A stretch of DNA of 63,501 nucleotides, counting the filler, from Perkinsus olseni (lineage: Eukaryota): NCBI GenBank assembly GCA_013115125.1. It is 13 parts of 13 records of this genome, joined end to end, with 100 filler letters (N's around TTAATTAATTAA, not from the genome) between each part and the next. Parts side by side here need not be neighbours in the genome. Positions count along the whole stretch, not along the records: positions 58,807 to 63,501 come from JABANN010001248.1; 12 more parts are not named here. One strand, 5' to 3'. The number at the start of each line of letters is the position of its first letter. Position 1 is the stretch's first letter. Of the stretch, positions 61,601-63,501 are shown piece after piece. A model generated the notes under the pieces. The model was not told the DNA's origin. It did not search any database and saw nothing but the letters and a program-made list of their open reading frames with translations. A program made the translations under genes and the position numbers.

Positions 61601-61780
61601 AGCAGGCACCGTCTGACGACTCGTATTATCGAGATATGGCTACCCGTGTAGCGTGTCGTCGCAACACAATCACGTGAAGGTCTGTTTTGGCCGAGCAAGC
61701 GGACTCGTGCTCAGCACCCGGAAACCCCACTGGGAGAACGATCATTCTTTCAGCCTTGCCTCAAAAGCATTGATTCCTGC

Positions 61781-62176
61781 ATGAGACTCGGTTACATCAT
61801 TCTATACATCACCGTAGCTGCTGACTCGGCGCCTTGTGAGCCCCTTGTCGGCATCTACAACAAAGCCAGCGGCCCTCCCAAGCTGAGTGGCTACTTCAAC
61901 TTCACTTCAAGCCATTTTGATATGAACTGGACCTACGCTGGTACACCCTATGGTGTTGACCATGTTCCCTATAAGATGGTGAAGAACGAGACATCAGGAA
62001 AACTATGCTGGGTGCATATCCCCCAAGACGCAGTGAATAATATACCGAAGAACGTGACGGATCATGTTGGCCTTATACGACTGTATTGGAACCAAGGTTC
62101 TCTCATGTTGCCTGTGCAGTTCGAGGGTAAATATTCTTTCGCTATAGTTTATCTCAAGAAGTCGGCGGCGCCGTAG
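61781..62176 (+). CDS. Small secreted hypothetical protein (131 aa)
   Basis: Intact single-exon ORF with signal peptide MRLGYIILYITVAADS, two Cys and N-glycosylation sequons (NFT, NWT, NET, NVT). Confidence 0.7.
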   Translation: MRLGYIILYITVAADSAPCEPLVGIYNKASGPPKLSGYFNFTSSHFDMNWTYAGTPYGVDHVPYKMVKNETSGKLCWVHIPQDAVNNIPKNVTDHVGLIRLYWNQGSLMLPVQFEGKYSFAIVYLKKSAAP

Positions 62177-63501
62177 ATATCTCTCTTGTCGACGGCATGC
62201 TGGCAACGTAGAGATGCTAATATTCGTTTCGAGCTCAGCTTTGGGCACAAGTAGGACTTACTGACCTCAATTCAAGCTCATCTGCCGTTGGGCAGCATAG
62301 CTTGATCACTGGCTGCGCATGGTCGAGCCAGGGTAACAACTTACGTTTTCTCAAAGCAATTAGAGTTGTTGAGTAGCTTGTCAATTGGTCAACATAACCG
62401 AGGAAGACCGTCATGGTAACTGTGGCATGGCTGAGCAGAAAGACCAAGTAACTAGGCCCTAGTTAGATGTACCCAGCACTGCTCGGACTGTGAGGAGCAT
62501 CCCAATCCACACAGCCACGGTGCATATCGCTGTTGTGAATACGATACGTAACAGTATCCTAGACGACGATCTCAATGACGAGCCTCTGACTGAGGTCAGA
62601 GGACGGCTATTAAACTCAGCTGTAGCGTGCAGCAGCTCATGCTAAACTACCTCGACAACCTCTTAGTCCTCGATAGCATACCGCTTGTCTATCGGACACG
62701 ACCTGTGATCTTCGAGCACCCCTACAGAGCCTCGATCGGTCCGTTGAGCCTCGCCGAGAACTGCAGAGTCCTTGTAGTGCAACTGGTGCCCGCTACCCTG
62801 TGTAAGCATACAATAATGAACGCAACCAGCATGTATCATGTTATCTTAAGCTGCACAGATGAGATATGAACAAGAAGTATAACTCTGCATAACCGTAGCA
62901 GGCAAAACAACAGTGTCGCGGCAATATAACGTGTATGGTGTTTACTAATCACTTCAAAAAGGTGTTTGGGGTAGTAAAGTATAATGGATACTGTCCTTGA
63001 TGAGGAAGGTCGAAATACGAAAAGATATCCTGCTCCTGAAGACTTGTAGGAGGAGGCAGTTACGCCAGGACGATGGACAAGCATCACCGAGCATATCAAG
63101 GCCCCTCGGGTGTGAACAAGCGATGAAAGATGGCGTCACTACTACGAGGAGCGATGAGGTTCACGCGTAGCTCATGCATAAGTTAGACGATTGGTCGTAG
63201 ACCGTTGGGTCCTAGACATGCCTCCACTATCGGCGGGGTTATCTATCAAACGCTCCTCAGTCTGACAATGGAAACGAGGCATGAAGAGAGGAACTCGAGG
63301 CGCATCCAGGGAGGATGTGATCATCACACCTACCTGACCCGTCCGAGGGTCGTATCTCTTCTCAGTGACAGTCCTCTGTATCCTGCCGTCTGGATGGCGT
63401 ATTTGCTGAGAGGATCCACGTTATAAACGACAATTGAAGATGGTGCCGTAACCTACTTTATCAGTCACTGTCACCGTATGACCATTAACGGTCCGAGTAG
63501 T

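Noticed and set aside
1-63501. Spliced-leader RNA, snRNA or rRNA genes
   Set aside because: I did not see the dinoflagellate/Perkinsus-type leader (CCGTAGCCAT...GCTCAAG) or rRNA/snRNA signatures; this was a visual scan only.

Overview
This is not one continuous locus. It is 13 unrelated short contigs (4874 down to 4695 bp, in non-increasing length order) joined by artificial 100-bp spacers (N44-TTAATTAATTAA-N44), so no synteny can be inferred across spacers. The DNA is eukaryotic nuclear sequence with many short GT-AG introns. The gene families (intron-rich housekeeping genes, lineage-specific secreted proteins, pepsin-like protease) suggest a Perkinsus-like alveolate; this is inference and was not verified. 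Host genes: an FMRP/FXR-like Agenet-KH-RGG protein, U2SURP/SR140, a cytochrome P450, a SAM-domain TKL kinase, a secreted thioredoxin-domain protein with a CPYC site, a truncated tRNA-Ser(GCT), several secreted or membrane hypothetical proteins and two nonsense-inactivated genes. Much of the rest is transposon debris: a LINE with RNase H, a Ty3/Gypsy pol, a BEL/Pao-like element, a DIRS-like element and two MULE transposases. The most interesting observations are (1) a Rap1-type Myb domain that can be spliced in frame onto an apparently intact MULE transposase, (2) an insertion made of two inverted arrays of a 7-bp motif at 15-bp period, (3) an LTR-element 3' end carrying an unknown extra ORF and 14 AGGCCT palindromes in 2.2 kb, (4) a complete FMRP-like architecture in a protist, and (5) an identical 68-bp sequence bracketing the Gypsy contig in inverted orientation.
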